A stretch of DNA of 38,353 bases from Gemmatimonadota bacterium (GTDB lineage Bacteria > Gemmatimonadota > Gemmatimonadetes > Palauibacterales > Palauibacteraceae). The notes beneath the pieces are model-generated. The model ran no database searches and was not told where the DNA came from. It saw nothing but the letters and a program-made list of their open reading frames with translations. The position numbers and the translations under genes are program-made. Location of the stretch: positions 1-38,353 of the forward strand of contig JBDHMQ010000001.1 in NCBI GenBank assembly GCA_039656095.1, given 5' to 3'. Shown in pieces: positions 16,668 to 25,109 of this stretch (positions are counted from its first letter, which is position 1; the number at the start of each line of letters is the position of its first letter).

Positions 16668-18130
16668 GCGTCGATCTCCGGAATCGTCTCGATGCGCATG
16701 TAGTTCGTGGTTCCAGGAACATGGAACGGGAATCCTGCCGTCACGACGAACGGGTCGCCTGGGTGACCGAGGCCGGCACCCAGAGCATAGTTCCGGGCCT
16801 CTGCAACCATCTGGTCGTAATCGAGGTCCGTTTCGCACAGAATCGGGATTACGCCCCAGGCCAGGGCCAGCTGGTTATACGTGCGGGGTTGGTCTGTCAC
16901 GGCGAGAATCGGGACGCGATGCCGCTGTGCCGACACGACCCAGGCGGTAAACCCGCTGCGCGTAAGCGTAACAAGGAATGGCGCCGCTAGACGCCCGGTT
17001 GCCTCAGCCGCAGCTCCGGCGATCGCTCCTGATACTGTGTGGTGCACCTGGGAGAGCACGCCGTGATTCGAATCAAGGGTCGAATCGCTTATCTCCCGTT
17101 CCCGCTCGATGCGTCGGATTATTCGGTCCATCGTTACGACGCTCTCGACTGGATATGCCCCTACTGCTGTCTCGGCGGACAGCATCACAACGTCCGTACC
17201 GTCGAGAAGCGCATTGGCGACATCCGAAACTTCCGCCCGGGTTGGCCGAGGCGAGACAATCATGGACTCGAGCATCTGCGTCGCCGTAATCCCGAGCTTC
17301 GCCATTTCGCGCGTTGACCGCAGAATTCGTTTCTGGACGATCGGCACGTCCTCGAAGTCGATCTCTACGCCAAGGTCACCACGCGCAACCATGACACCAT
17401 CAGCGATTCGCAGAATTTCGCCAAGTTGGTCCAGGGCCTGTTGCTTCTCGATTTTGGCGATCAGCAGTGCCCGATCTCCAACGATCTCCCGCAATTGAAC
17501 GATGTCACCCGCCTGCCGAACGAAACTGAGAGCTACATAATCGACACCCATTTCGAGCGCCTGATCGAGATCAGTTTTGTCTTTGGCCGTGAGGCTCGGA
17601 GCGGCAATGGTCGTTCCGGGCAGGTTCATACCTTTGTGTGAGGACAGTGACCCGTCGTTCAGCGCAACCAGGCAGACTCGACCCTTGACCACCTCGACGA
17701 CCTCGAATTCCAGCCCCCCGTCATCCAGCAGGACAGGATCGCCAACCGACAGGTCCTGACCGATGGTCTCCCAACTGGTTGGAATGACAGGAACGCCCTT
17801 CTCGGCCTCAACGATATCCGCCGCACCGCTTTCGGCCACGAGTACATAGTTTCGGCCTTGCTCGATCGGAAGAACTTCGGGCAAATTCCCGACCCGCAAC
17901 TTCGGACCCTGGAGGTCGGCGAGAACAGCCAGCGGTTGTCCGGCCCGCGCAGCAGCCTCACGAGTAATGCGAATCGTTTCTGCGGCGTCTCTATGGGAGC
18001 TGTGGGAAAAATTGATCCGCACTCCGTCCATGCCGGCTGCGACCATACGATCCAGTATCTCAGGATCGCGGCTTGCCGGGCCGATGGTGCACAGGATGCG
18101 GGCACGCCGAAACGGCCTGTGATCACTCAT
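16664..18130 (-). CDS. pyk: Pyruvate kinase
   Basis: RRARILCTIGPAS N-terminus and canonical PK domains. The start was set at ATG 18130 (MSDHRPFRRARIL). Confidence 0.9.
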   Translation of the reverse strand: MSDHRPFRRARILCTIGPASRDPEILDRMVAAGMDGVRINFSHSSHRDAAETIRITREAAARAGQPLAVLADLQGPKLRVGNLPEVLPIEQGRNYVLVAESGAADIVEAEKGVPVIPTSWETIGQDLSVGDPVLLDDGGLEFEVVEVVKGRVCLVALNDGSLSSHKGMNLPGTTIAAPSLTAKDKTDLDQALEMGVDYVALSFVRQAGDIVQLREIVGDRALLIAKIEKQQALDQLGEILRIADGVMVARGDLGVEIDFEDVPIVQKRILRSTREMAKLGITATQMLESMIVSPRPTRAEVSDVANALLDGTDVVMLSAETAVGAYPVESVVTMDRIIRRIEREREISDSTLDSNHGVLSQVHHTVSGAIAGAAAEATGRLAAPFLVTLTRSGFTAWVVSAQRHRVPILAVTDQPRTYNQLALAWGVIPILCETDLDYDQMVAEARNYALGAGLGHPGDPFVVTAGFPFHVPGTTNYMRIETIPEIDA

Positions 18131-18260
18131 GTTTGCCTGCGGTTGCGTCACTCGTGTGGTGGATGTCGCCAGGTTAGGGCGCTTCAACGCACAGCTTAGC
18201 ACCGCCCCGCAGGTGGCGCGATGTGGTAGAAGCTAACCCGGGTACATGGGGAACTGTTGA

Positions 18261-18290
18261 ATCCGGCCCAGACGGGTATCCAGGCCGGAT
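18261..18290 (-). terminator. Hairpin downstream of the 109-aa ORF
   Basis: 8-bp inverted repeat, atccggcc (18261-18268) and ggccggat (18283-18290). It lies 16 nt after the stop at 18306. The U-tract is only weak. Confidence 0.35.
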
Positions 18291-18305
18291 CACACAGCAG
18301 TTTAC

Positions 18306-18635
18306 TCAGGCACTCATTCGGGCATCGACCGTCAGGTCAGGGCGATGCGTAGCCATCCAACGATGAATCGTCGTCAACATGGCGAGTGACAGGGACTCAA
18401 GAGCTCCAGGCTCCAGGCCCGGGATCACACAAGAAGCCGCCCGTCGAAACAGGTAAGCTTTCTGCGCGGAACGTTGCTCCGGAGTTAATGAAGTGCCACC
18501 TGGCACGTCGGGGATGGGCTCCAGCAGTCGTCGATAACTGAACACCTCCCGCGACGAGAACTGTGCCGGAATCCGGTACGAATGTCCGTTGATCTCGAAC
18601 GACCCGTCACCACTGATAATTAGGCCATCTGCCAT
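18306..18635 (-). CDS. Hypothetical 109-aa protein
   Basis: ATG at 18635 preceded by AGAGGTGG (SD). The longer tracked form (TTG at 18809) would start inside the operator at about the predicted TSS. I recognise no family. Confidence 0.4.
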   Translation of the reverse strand: MADGLIISGDGSFEINGHSYRIPAQFSSREVFSYRRLLEPIPDVPGGTSLTPEQRSAQKAYLFRRAASCVIPGLEPGALESLSLAMLTTIHRWMATHRPDLTVDARMSA

Positions 18636-18803
18636 TGCGCCACCTCTGATCCAAGTAGGGACAGTAAAGCGTCGCGACGGCCCGGCGCCCTCGCCCAGAA
18701 GGCGAAGCGCAACAGACGGGCAGAACTGAGTGAGTTCCGATGCTCCCGCCGGGCGCCGACCGTCGTGTAGACCGCCAACTCTGATCCCGTAGAAAACCCG
18801 AAT

Positions 18804-18854
18804 CCACAAGATCTAGTGTCACGCCATACTATGGACACAATATGTTGTGGTCAA
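18804..18854 (-). promoter_or_regulatory. sigma70-like promoter with two NrdR-box-like palindromes
   Basis: Minus strand reads TTGACC (18854-18849), a 17-nt spacer, then TAGTAT (18831-18826). The 16-mers are CCACAACATATTGTGT (18850-18835) and ACACTAGATCTTGTGG (18819-18804), with centres 31 bp apart. Confidence 0.55.
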
Positions 18855-18912
18855 GTTTCGTTTCGGAACGGCGGTCCTGTCGGAGCACGGGTTCGCCCCA
18901 TATCCTGTGCGG

Positions 18913-19320
18913 ATGAACATTCAACAGGGCACCGTAAAGTGGTTTTCGCGCGACAAGGGCTGGGGATTCGTACGGATGGAGGACGGAAACGAAATATTCG
19001 TCCATCACACGGATATTGAGGGAGACGGGCGAAAGACCCTGGAGGACGATGAACGGGTCGAGTTTTCCATCGAACGGATGGACAAGGGACCACGGGCACG
19101 CAACGTCAAACGCCTTGATTCGCAGACGAACAGGACCGGTCAATCGCGGCGAAGCGGCCGCAGCTCTGGACGCAATAGCGGCAGGTCCGGTGGCGGAAGT
19201 CAGCGCACCACAAGAACCGAGCACGCCTCGGATCCGGCGAAGTCCTCGGAGCAGCCTGCGTCTCTGGCCGAGCAACTTCGGAGCCGACTCACCCGGCTAT
19301 TTCCGGGTATTGGAAGCTGA
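18913..19320 (+). CDS. Cold-shock domain protein with Arg/Ser/Gly-rich C-terminal extension
   Basis: MNIQQGTVKWFSRDKGWGFV...IFVHHTDI is the CSD with RNP motifs. It is followed by about 65 aa of tail (RRSGRSSGRNSGRSGGGSQR). Confidence 0.85.
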   Translation: MNIQQGTVKWFSRDKGWGFVRMEDGNEIFVHHTDIEGDGRKTLEDDERVEFSIERMDKGPRARNVKRLDSQTNRTGQSRRSGRSSGRNSGRSGGGSQRTTRTEHASDPAKSSEQPASLAEQLRSRLTRLFPGIGS

Positions 19321-19438
19321 ATCGGCGTTCCGGTTGATTCCCTGCCCCATTTAAACTTATATTGGTGGGCTGATACCGGGCGTATGGGGCTATCCCTTGC
19401 GCACAGTTACAATTCAGGTTGAAAGAGGTGAGTAGGTT

Positions 19439-19645
19439 TTGGAGATTCAGATTGGAGAAGGGCAGAATCTGGAGAAGGCTCTCAGAAAGTTCCGCCGCAA
19501 GGTTCAGCGCGCGGGAATCCTCGCAGATATGCGCCGCAAGCGGCATTACGAGAAGCCCAGCGCCGCACGGCGTCGGAAGGCGAAAGCCGCTCAGCGACGA
19601 CTTGCCCGCAACGCAAGACGCCGACGCACGCGCACACAGACCTGA
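19439..19645 (+). CDS. rpsU: 30S ribosomal protein bS21
   Basis: 68 aa. EKALRKFRRKVQRAGILADMRRKRHYEKPSAARRRK is the S21 signature. The only in-frame start after the TAG at 19433 is TTG 19439, preceded by AAGAGGTGA. Confidence 0.9.
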   Translation: MEIQIGEGQNLEKALRKFRRKVQRAGILADMRRKRHYEKPSAARRRKAKAAQRRLARNARRRRTRTQT

Positions 19646-19656
19646 CCCCTCCTGCC

Positions 19657-19686
19657 GGCCCGCGATCCCCAAGTGGCTCGCGGGCC
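19657..19686 (+). terminator. GC-rich hairpin after rpsU
   Basis: ggcccgcga (19657-19665) and tcgcgggcc (19678-19686) form a 9-bp stem with a 12-nt loop, 12 nt after the rpsU stop. The T-tract is poor. Confidence 0.4.
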
Positions 19687-19753
19687 CGGTAATTCCACAC
19701 CATTCAGCTTTGGCTGACGACCGTCCGCCAGTCCTCCTGGCAAGATCCTCCAG

Positions 19754-20641
19754 ATGAACGGCCCCCGCGGCAGGACCTGGATGAACCAGCTCCAGCCCCC
19801 CGAAGGCACACCCGCAGTCTCTGCTTCGAGTCGCGGTTTACTCTACGGTGACGGTGTATTCATCACGCTAGGTATCCGTGAACGCAGACTGCTGGATGCC
19901 CAGTTGCAAATGAGTCGCATCCACGAAGCTGCGCAGGCAATCGGCTTACAACCCCCGGCTCGCTTCGAGGCTCCAGGTGACGGAGCTCAGTGCCTGGCTG
20001 CAATAGTGGCAACTCTGGACCCGACCGTTACAGATGGTGTTGCACGCCTTCAATGGTTCGCGGGTTCGGGTCCGCGAGGATTCGGCCGCGGGATGGTCCA
20101 GGCAGAGGCAATCGTCAATCTCACAAATGCGCCGGGGTCTAGAGATGTATCTCTCGTGGTCCTCCCCAACAGGCATGTTCCGCTTCCCGCCCTGCCCCGC
20201 CACAAGACATGCAGTTCACTGGCCAACATCCTGTGTGCGAGGGAGGCGCTGCACCGGGGCGTCGAGGAAGCAGTGCGCGTCGATTCGGGTGTGATGCTCG
20301 AGACTGCGTCAGCAAACCTGTTTTGGATCCACGGCGACACTCTGTTTACTCCTGCGGACTCACTGCCGCTGTATCCGGGCTCGATGAGAGAGCGCATTCT
20401 GGAATGTGCGCCTTCAGTCGGTCTTGCTGTCGAGGAAGGCGCATACGCCGGTGACTGCCTGACTGGCGCAGATACCGTATTTGTGGCCAACGCGGCCCGC
20501 GGTATCGAAGTGGTCCGCCAGGTCGACGGCCAACCTCTGGACCAACCGCCGGTTATCCTGGCACGACTGAAGACTGCGGTCCAGGATCGGCGGCGTGAGC
20601 TGGGCATTCTCCTGAACGGGGCTGTGGATGCCGACGCTTGA
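19754..20641 (+). CDS. Class IV aminotransferase family protein (aminodeoxychorismate lyase / D-amino-acid or branched-chain aminotransferase-like)
   Basis: RGLLYGDGVFITL N-terminal motif and a fold-type IV length. Alternative start at 19781. Confidence 0.7.
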   Translation: MNGPRGRTWMNQLQPPEGTPAVSASSRGLLYGDGVFITLGIRERRLLDAQLQMSRIHEAAQAIGLQPPARFEAPGDGAQCLAAIVATLDPTVTDGVARLQWFAGSGPRGFGRGMVQAEAIVNLTNAPGSRDVSLVVLPNRHVPLPALPRHKTCSSLANILCAREALHRGVEEAVRVDSGVMLETASANLFWIHGDTLFTPADSLPLYPGSMRERILECAPSVGLAVEEGAYAGDCLTGADTVFVANAARGIEVVRQVDGQPLDQPPVILARLKTAVQDRRRELGILLNGAVDADA

Positions 20642-21596
20642 CCCCAAAGGCGGTCCCGAGCACATCGCCGACGGCTGCGTTCGCATTCCGCTTCCCGATC
20701 CTTTCGTTCCGGGCGTTACGAGTGTGTTCGTTATCGGGCCCAGTGAGAGACCCTGGTTGCTGGATGTTGGCGCTGATACACCGGAGTGCGAGGCCGCACT
20801 CCGCGAGAGCTTGTCCACTTTGGGCATCGTTCCCGAGAAAATGCGCGTAGTCCTGTCGCATACGCACCTCGATCATGCGGGAGGACTGCTTCGGTTCACG
20901 CCAGGTGAACTCACTGCTCACGAACACGCGATTGCCGAGATGCGTGAAGCCCGGCCGCGCTCCAGCCGGGGTCCAGACGCATTGCGACGGATGGGGGTGG
21001 CTGACGAGACGATCCGCGAGTTGGCGCCAGGCGGCGAACCCGTGCATGGAACCCCGTTCGCCGATACACACGTCACGCATTCGTTGAGCGGTAGCTCCGG
21101 CGAATTGCCGGAGTCGGATGGATGGCTGTGGCTGCTGGCAGAGGGACATGCGCCGGGACATCTGATGGTGTTCGATCCCGGCACGCGCACCCTTCTGGCA
21201 GGCGACCAGTTCTTACGAATCTGGAAGACACCATTAATCGTGTCGGACCCGGACTTTGACAGTCTCGGTGCATATCTCGGCTCTATTCAAAAGTCTCGGG
21301 AACTCGCACCAGCCCGAATCTGCTCGAGTCACATGAAGACGATGGAGAACCCGGTGGAATGGCTGGAGGATGCAGAGGCGTCCATCAACCGTCGCCTGGA
21401 CCGGGTATCAAAAGCGGTGAACAGCGGCGCGCGTACAGCGGAGGATGTACTGGTTACGCTGTATCCGAAAACCAGGCAGGGCCCCCTGCGCATCGTATTT
21501 TTGCGTGAACTCCTGGCAATGCTCCGCCACCTGGTCGTACAGGGAGCTGCACAGCGCACTATCGAGGAAGGCGTCGAGCGTTTTAGTCCGGCTTAG
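20628..21596 (+). CDS. MBL-fold metallo-hydrolase
   Basis: VVLSHTHLDHAGG motif. ATG at 20628 overlaps the preceding gene by 14 nt. Confidence 0.75.
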   Translation: MPTLDPKGGPEHIADGCVRIPLPDPFVPGVTSVFVIGPSERPWLLDVGADTPECEAALRESLSTLGIVPEKMRVVLSHTHLDHAGGLLRFTPGELTAHEHAIAEMREARPRSSRGPDALRRMGVADETIRELAPGGEPVHGTPFADTHVTHSLSGSSGELPESDGWLWLLAEGHAPGHLMVFDPGTRTLLAGDQFLRIWKTPLIVSDPDFDSLGAYLGSIQKSRELAPARICSSHMKTMENPVEWLEDAEASINRRLDRVSKAVNSGARTAEDVLVTLYPKTRQGPLRIVFLRELLAMLRHLVVQGAAQRTIEEGVERFSPA

Positions 21597-21602
21597 AAGC
21601 CA

Positions 21603-22865
21603 CTACCGTGCATCCACCGTCTTCGAAGTCTCCGCTCCGAACCGCTGCTCTACATAATTTTCCAGGATATCGATAAACCGGGCGACGATGTCGTCTCCAC
21701 GCAACGTGGTCGCGTGCTCGCCATCTACGAACACGGGTGCACTCGGTTCTTCAAACGTTCCCGGCAGGGAAATCCCGATATCCGCATGGCGCGACTCACC
21801 GGGTCCGTTGACCACGCAACCCATAACGGCGACAGTAAGGCTTTCTACCCCCTCGTACACCACTTTCCATGCGGGCATCCGGTCGCGCAGATACGTTTCG
21901 ATATCAAGCGCCATTTCCTGAAAAAATGTGCTCGTAGTCCTGCCGCAGCCGGGACAGGCCGTGACCTGCGGCTCGAAACTGCGCAGGCCGAGCGACTGGA
22001 GGATCTGCCGGGCTACCCTGACTTCTTCCGTTCGATCGCCGCCCGGCAACGGGGTCAGGGATACTCGAATCGTATCACCGATACCTTCGAGCAGGGGTAC
22101 TGCCAGCGCCGCGGAACTGGCGACGATCCCTTTGCGGCCCATGCCTGCTTCGGTCAAACCCAGATGCAGTGGATAGTCGCTCAGAGGTGCCAGCGAGCGG
22201 TACACCGCAACAAGATCTTTAACGCCTGACACCTTGGCGCTCAGAATGATGCGGTCGTGTCCGAGGCCTATTCGTTCGGCAGCTTTCGCCGACTGCATGG
22301 CACTCTCGACCATGGCGGCCATGGTAACGTCATGTGCACCACGCGGATGCGTTGACGAGGCGTTTTCGTCCATCATCTGGGTAAGCAGGACCTGGTCGAG
22401 GGAACCCCAGTTTACCCCGATCCGTACCGGCTTGTCGTGTTCTACGGCACACTCGATGATTCGCGCGAAGTTACTATCCCACCTCTTCTTCCCGATATTT
22501 CCGGGATTGATCCGATACTTGGCGAGAGCGGCCGCGCAGTCCGGATTTCCCGGTAGCAGGATATGCCCGTTGAAATGGAAGTCGCCGATCAAAGGAGTGG
22601 ACACCCCTTCGGCCTCAAGTCGCTGTACAATCACCGGGATTGCGCGGGCAGCGGCCGGTGTGTTTACGGTAACGCGGACGAGCTCGCTTCCTGCCTCTGC
22701 CAGGGCCAGTACTTGCACGACCGTCGCCTCAATATCGGCCGTGTCCGTGTTGGTCATCGACTGGACGACGATCGGATGATCGCTTCCAACAGGAATACCG
22801 CCGACGTCGACTGTTATCGTCGGACGCCGTTCGAAGGCGTTCAATAGAGTCTCTTCGTGGGTCAT
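21603..22865 (-). CDS. ispG: 4-hydroxy-3-methylbut-2-en-1-yl diphosphate synthase (IspG/GcpE)
   Basis: [16 protein letters not shown], and a C-terminal CPGCGRT Fe-S motif. The start was set at ATG 22865 (MTHEETLL). Confidence 0.9.
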   Translation of the reverse strand: MTHEETLLNAFERRPTITVDVGGIPVGSDHPIVVQSMTNTDTADIEATVVQVLALAEAGSELVRVTVNTPAAARAIPVIVQRLEAEGVSTPLIGDFHFNGHILLPGNPDCAAALAKYRINPGNIGKKRWDSNFARIIECAVEHDKPVRIGVNWGSLDQVLLTQMMDENASSTHPRGAHDVTMAAMVESAMQSAKAAERIGLGHDRIILSAKVSGVKDLVAVYRSLAPLSDYPLHLGLTEAGMGRKGIVASSAALAVPLLEGIGDTIRVSLTPLPGGDRTEEVRVARQILQSLGLRSFEPQVTACPGCGRTTSTFFQEMALDIETYLRDRMPAWKVVYEGVESLTVAVMGCVVNGPGESRHADIGISLPGTFEEPSAPVFVDGEHATTLRGDDIVARFIDILENYVEQRFGAETSKTVDAR

Positions 22866-22977
22866 CCTGGTGTCGCCCGGAACTCCAAAAGTGTGTTGGC
22901 TTGACGTCGAAGCGCCAAACCTACCCCACTGCGGTGCAGCGTTCCAGCGGATCGGGATCAGGTGCGGGTACAAGTGC

Positions 22978-23007
22978 GAAGGGCCCCGGATGTCTCCGGG
23001 GCCCTTC
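22978..23007 (-). terminator. Strong GC hairpin between the 66-aa ORF and ispG
   Basis: Perfect 13-bp stem, gaagggccccgga (22978-22990) and tccggggcccttc (22995-23007), with a 4-nt loop. There is no clear U-tract on the minus strand, so it could be a terminator or a processing/stability element. Confidence 0.4.
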
Positions 23008-23082
23008 TTCTGCCCTCCGAACCGACTGGCTGGTCAGCCGGATTCGCCTGGTGCGTGTTATTCCGCTTCGCTAGTCGCGCAC

Positions 23083-23283
23083 TCAGTCGTGGCGGGCATT
23101 TTCTTTCTTCAAATATGCTTTGTAGCGGCGCTCGAGTCCTCTACGGTCACGCTGCATTTCGCGCTCAAATGCCAACCTGTGTGCAAATGCAGCGTCTTTG
23201 AGCCACCGCGGCGTGAGGGCTGGATGCCAACGACTACCACCGCTTTCAGCCGACCCTGATTCAGCGTTGCCTAGCCCAAACAT
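23083..23283 (-). CDS. Hypothetical 66-aa basic protein (coding status uncertain)
   Basis: ATG at 23283 preceded by GAGGAGG at good spacing. However, third-codon positions are visibly A/T-rich compared with neighbouring genes, and I recognise no family. Confidence 0.3.
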   Translation of the reverse strand: MFGLGNAESGSAESGGSRWHPALTPRWLKDAAFAHRLAFEREMQRDRRGLERRYKAYLKKENARHD

Positions 23284-23477
23284 CAGGTGCCTCCTCGTGA
23301 CTCGCGCATTCCGGGCTTGCTGTGGAAAAATTCGCGTCCGGTAAACGTTCGGCCTGACCATCACCGTAACCTCAACCCACGCCAAACTCTCGACGATCGA
23401 ATCACCCTTGGATGATTCGATTCTGCACAGCTTATCCCCTCAGTTTCCACCAATACTGCGGACATTATCCACATCGA

Positions 23478-23529
23478 CCGCTATATCTTGTGGTACTACA
23501 TCATACGCCTACTATATGTTGGGGGTCAA
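23478..23529 (-). promoter_or_regulatory. sigma70-like promoter with two NrdR-box-like palindromes
   Basis: Minus strand reads TTGACC (23529-23524), an 18-nt spacer, then TATGAT (23505-23500). The 16-mers are CCCCAACATATAGTAG (23524-23509) and CCACAAGATATAGCGG (23493-23478), with centres 31 bp apart. Confidence 0.5.
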
Positions 23530-23672
23530 GGTCGCTGAGGTTCGGTGAGACGGGCAAGCTGAATTCCAGGGATTCTCTTCGGTATCGGACCTAATGTTGC
23601 CGCGACAGGTATCGTGTATCCGGCAGCACGAATCGGCGCTGCTCTCAGTCTTATTTCCGAGGAGATTCAGTG

Positions 23673-24275
23673 ATGCAAAGCATGTCGAGTGGGTGGGTGA
23701 GAACGGGTGGTGTGGTAGCAATGCTTGCAGCCGCAATGTGGAGCTTGCCTTCGGCTGTGCAGGCGCAGGAGGCCGATGCAGAGGCCGAGGAGGCTACGGA
23801 GCAACCAGTAGCAAATCCGGCAGATGTGGAATCAATCGATGCGATCATGGCCGCCATATACGATGTGATTTCGGGCGAGGCCGGCGAGGCCCGTGACTGG
23901 GATCGGATGCGATCGCTGTTCATTCCCGAGGCGCGCCTGATGCCGACCGGCCGACGTCCGGACGGCAGCCACGGATACATCGTGTGGTCACCCGAGGAGT
24001 ATATTGAACGGGCTGGCCCTCAGCTCGAATCCAATGGGTTTTTCGAAGACGAGGCGCATCGTGTTACCGAGCGCTGGGCAGACATCGCCCACGTGTTCAG
24101 CACATACAATTCCTACCATACGGCTGCCGACATGGAAGCCGGGACTACATTCCAGCGGGGCATCAATACGTTCCAGCTGATGTATGATGGCGAACGGTGG
24201 TGGGTCGTCTCGATCATGTGGCAAGCCGAGGGCCCAGATCGACCGATATCAGCGGAATATCTCGGAGAGGATTGA
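23673..24275 (+). CDS. Secreted NTF2-like/SnoaL-like (DUF4440-type) protein
   Basis: Signal peptide (VVAMLAAAMWSLPSAVQAQ). The mature part, with IDAIMAAIYDVISG...WWVVSIMWQAE, fits the NTF2-like fold pattern. ATG at 23673 follows GGAGA. Confidence 0.5.
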   Translation: MQSMSSGWVRTGGVVAMLAAAMWSLPSAVQAQEADAEAEEATEQPVANPADVESIDAIMAAIYDVISGEAGEARDWDRMRSLFIPEARLMPTGRRPDGSHGYIVWSPEEYIERAGPQLESNGFFEDEAHRVTERWADIAHVFSTYNSYHTAADMEAGTTFQRGINTFQLMYDGERWWVVSIMWQAEGPDRPISAEYLGED

Positions 24276-24307
24276 GTCGGAGCAGAAGATCCAGGTCTGA
24301 AGACAGT

Positions 24308-24335
24308 GAGAGCCCGGTCACCAGATCGGGCTCTC
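24308..24335. terminator. Hairpin between convergent genes
   Basis: gagagcccg (24308-24316) and cgggctctc (24327-24335) form a 9-bp stem with a 10-nt loop, between the stops at 24275 (+) and 24355 (-). Confidence 0.45.
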
Positions 24336-24354
24336 ATGCGTTGTACCCGCGACG

Positions 24355-25095
24355 CTATGCCCTGAACAGCACCTGCATCACGCCCATCACAAGTGCCGCC
24401 CCTGAGGCCACCAGGATCGGGCGCCATGTAGACCCCGTCTCTTTCCGAGCCTCCGGGATCAACTCGCGCACCACCATCCATACCATGGCGCCAGCAGCAA
24501 ATCCGAATCCTGCAGCCAGGTATTCGCGGAACTGGAGCACGAACAGAAAGGCCGGTACGGCGAGCAGGGGCTGCGGCAGACTTGAAAATACGCTCCAGCC
24601 ACCTGCCTTGAATACCGAGACGCCGCGCGGGATCAGGATCAGCGAAATCGCGAGACCTTCAGGGATATTATGGACAGCGATCGCGAGAGAAATGAACAGA
24701 CCAAGTTCTGCACCGCCGCCGAATGAAACGCCGATACCGATGCCTTCTGCCACGGAGTGAACGGTCATCACGCCGACGATCAGGAGAGCCTTACTCGCAT
24801 CCGCACCGCGCAACGCACCCACACTCACATCGTCGAACCGGTTAAGAAACCAGCGGCTCGCCGCAATGAATACCAGCCCGGCCAATAGACCGCCTCCGAG
24901 ACGCTCCGGACTTTGTAACCAACCCTCGTAGACCAGTTGTCCAGAGGCAGCCATCATCAGCCCAGCGGCTGCGGCATTTCCGTAGCCAAGCCAGCGGCGA
25001 CCGGGATTCCGAACCCAGAGAAACGGAAGGGCGCCGATGCCCGTTGCGGCAGCAGTCAGCAGTGACAGCAGGAATACGGTTAGCAGGTCGTTCAG
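24355..25095 (-). CDS. ZIP family divalent metal (zinc) transporter, ZupT-like
   Basis: AVHNIPEGLAISL and HSVAEGIGIG motifs. The reading frame stays open upstream of the tracked ATG (24957) and encodes a typical first TM (LLSLLTAAATGIGALPF). The only start-like codon after the in-frame TAG is CTG at 25095, so the start is uncertain. Confidence 0.7.
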   Translation of the reverse strand: MNDLLTVFLLSLLTAAATGIGALPFLWVRNPGRRWLGYGNAAAAGLMMAASGQLVYEGWLQSPERLGGGLLAGLVFIAASRWFLNRFDDVSVGALRGADASKALLIVGVMTVHSVAEGIGIGVSFGGGAELGLFISLAIAVHNIPEGLAISLILIPRGVSVFKAGGWSVFSSLPQPLLAVPAFLFVLQFREYLAAGFGFAAGAMVWMVVRELIPEARKETGSTWRPILVASGAALVMGVMQVLFRA

Positions 25096-25109
25096 GGGCG
25101 TCCCCTACC

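Noticed and set aside
18306-18635. The 109-aa protein as a phage or GTA tail assembly chaperone-like remnant.
   Set aside because: The impression rests only on size and a short N-terminal beta segment followed by a helical C-terminus. There are no neighbouring phage genes, and I can read no motif with confidence.
18636-18809. N-terminal extensions of the two small ORFs: the 167-aa form starting at TTG 18809 and the 100-aa form starting at TTG 23385.
   Set aside because: The extensions are Arg/Gly-rich. They start inside or next to the predicted operator/TSS and lack an SD, whereas the internal ATGs have strong SD sequences.
23521-23672. TPP-riboswitch-like fragments on the plus strand upstream of the NTF2-like gene (GGGGUC...GCUGAGG...GGACCUAAUGUUGCCGCGACAGG).
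   Set aside because: The match to the THI-box consensus is only partial. The downstream gene has no thiamine link. The promoter elements in this region point to the minus strand.
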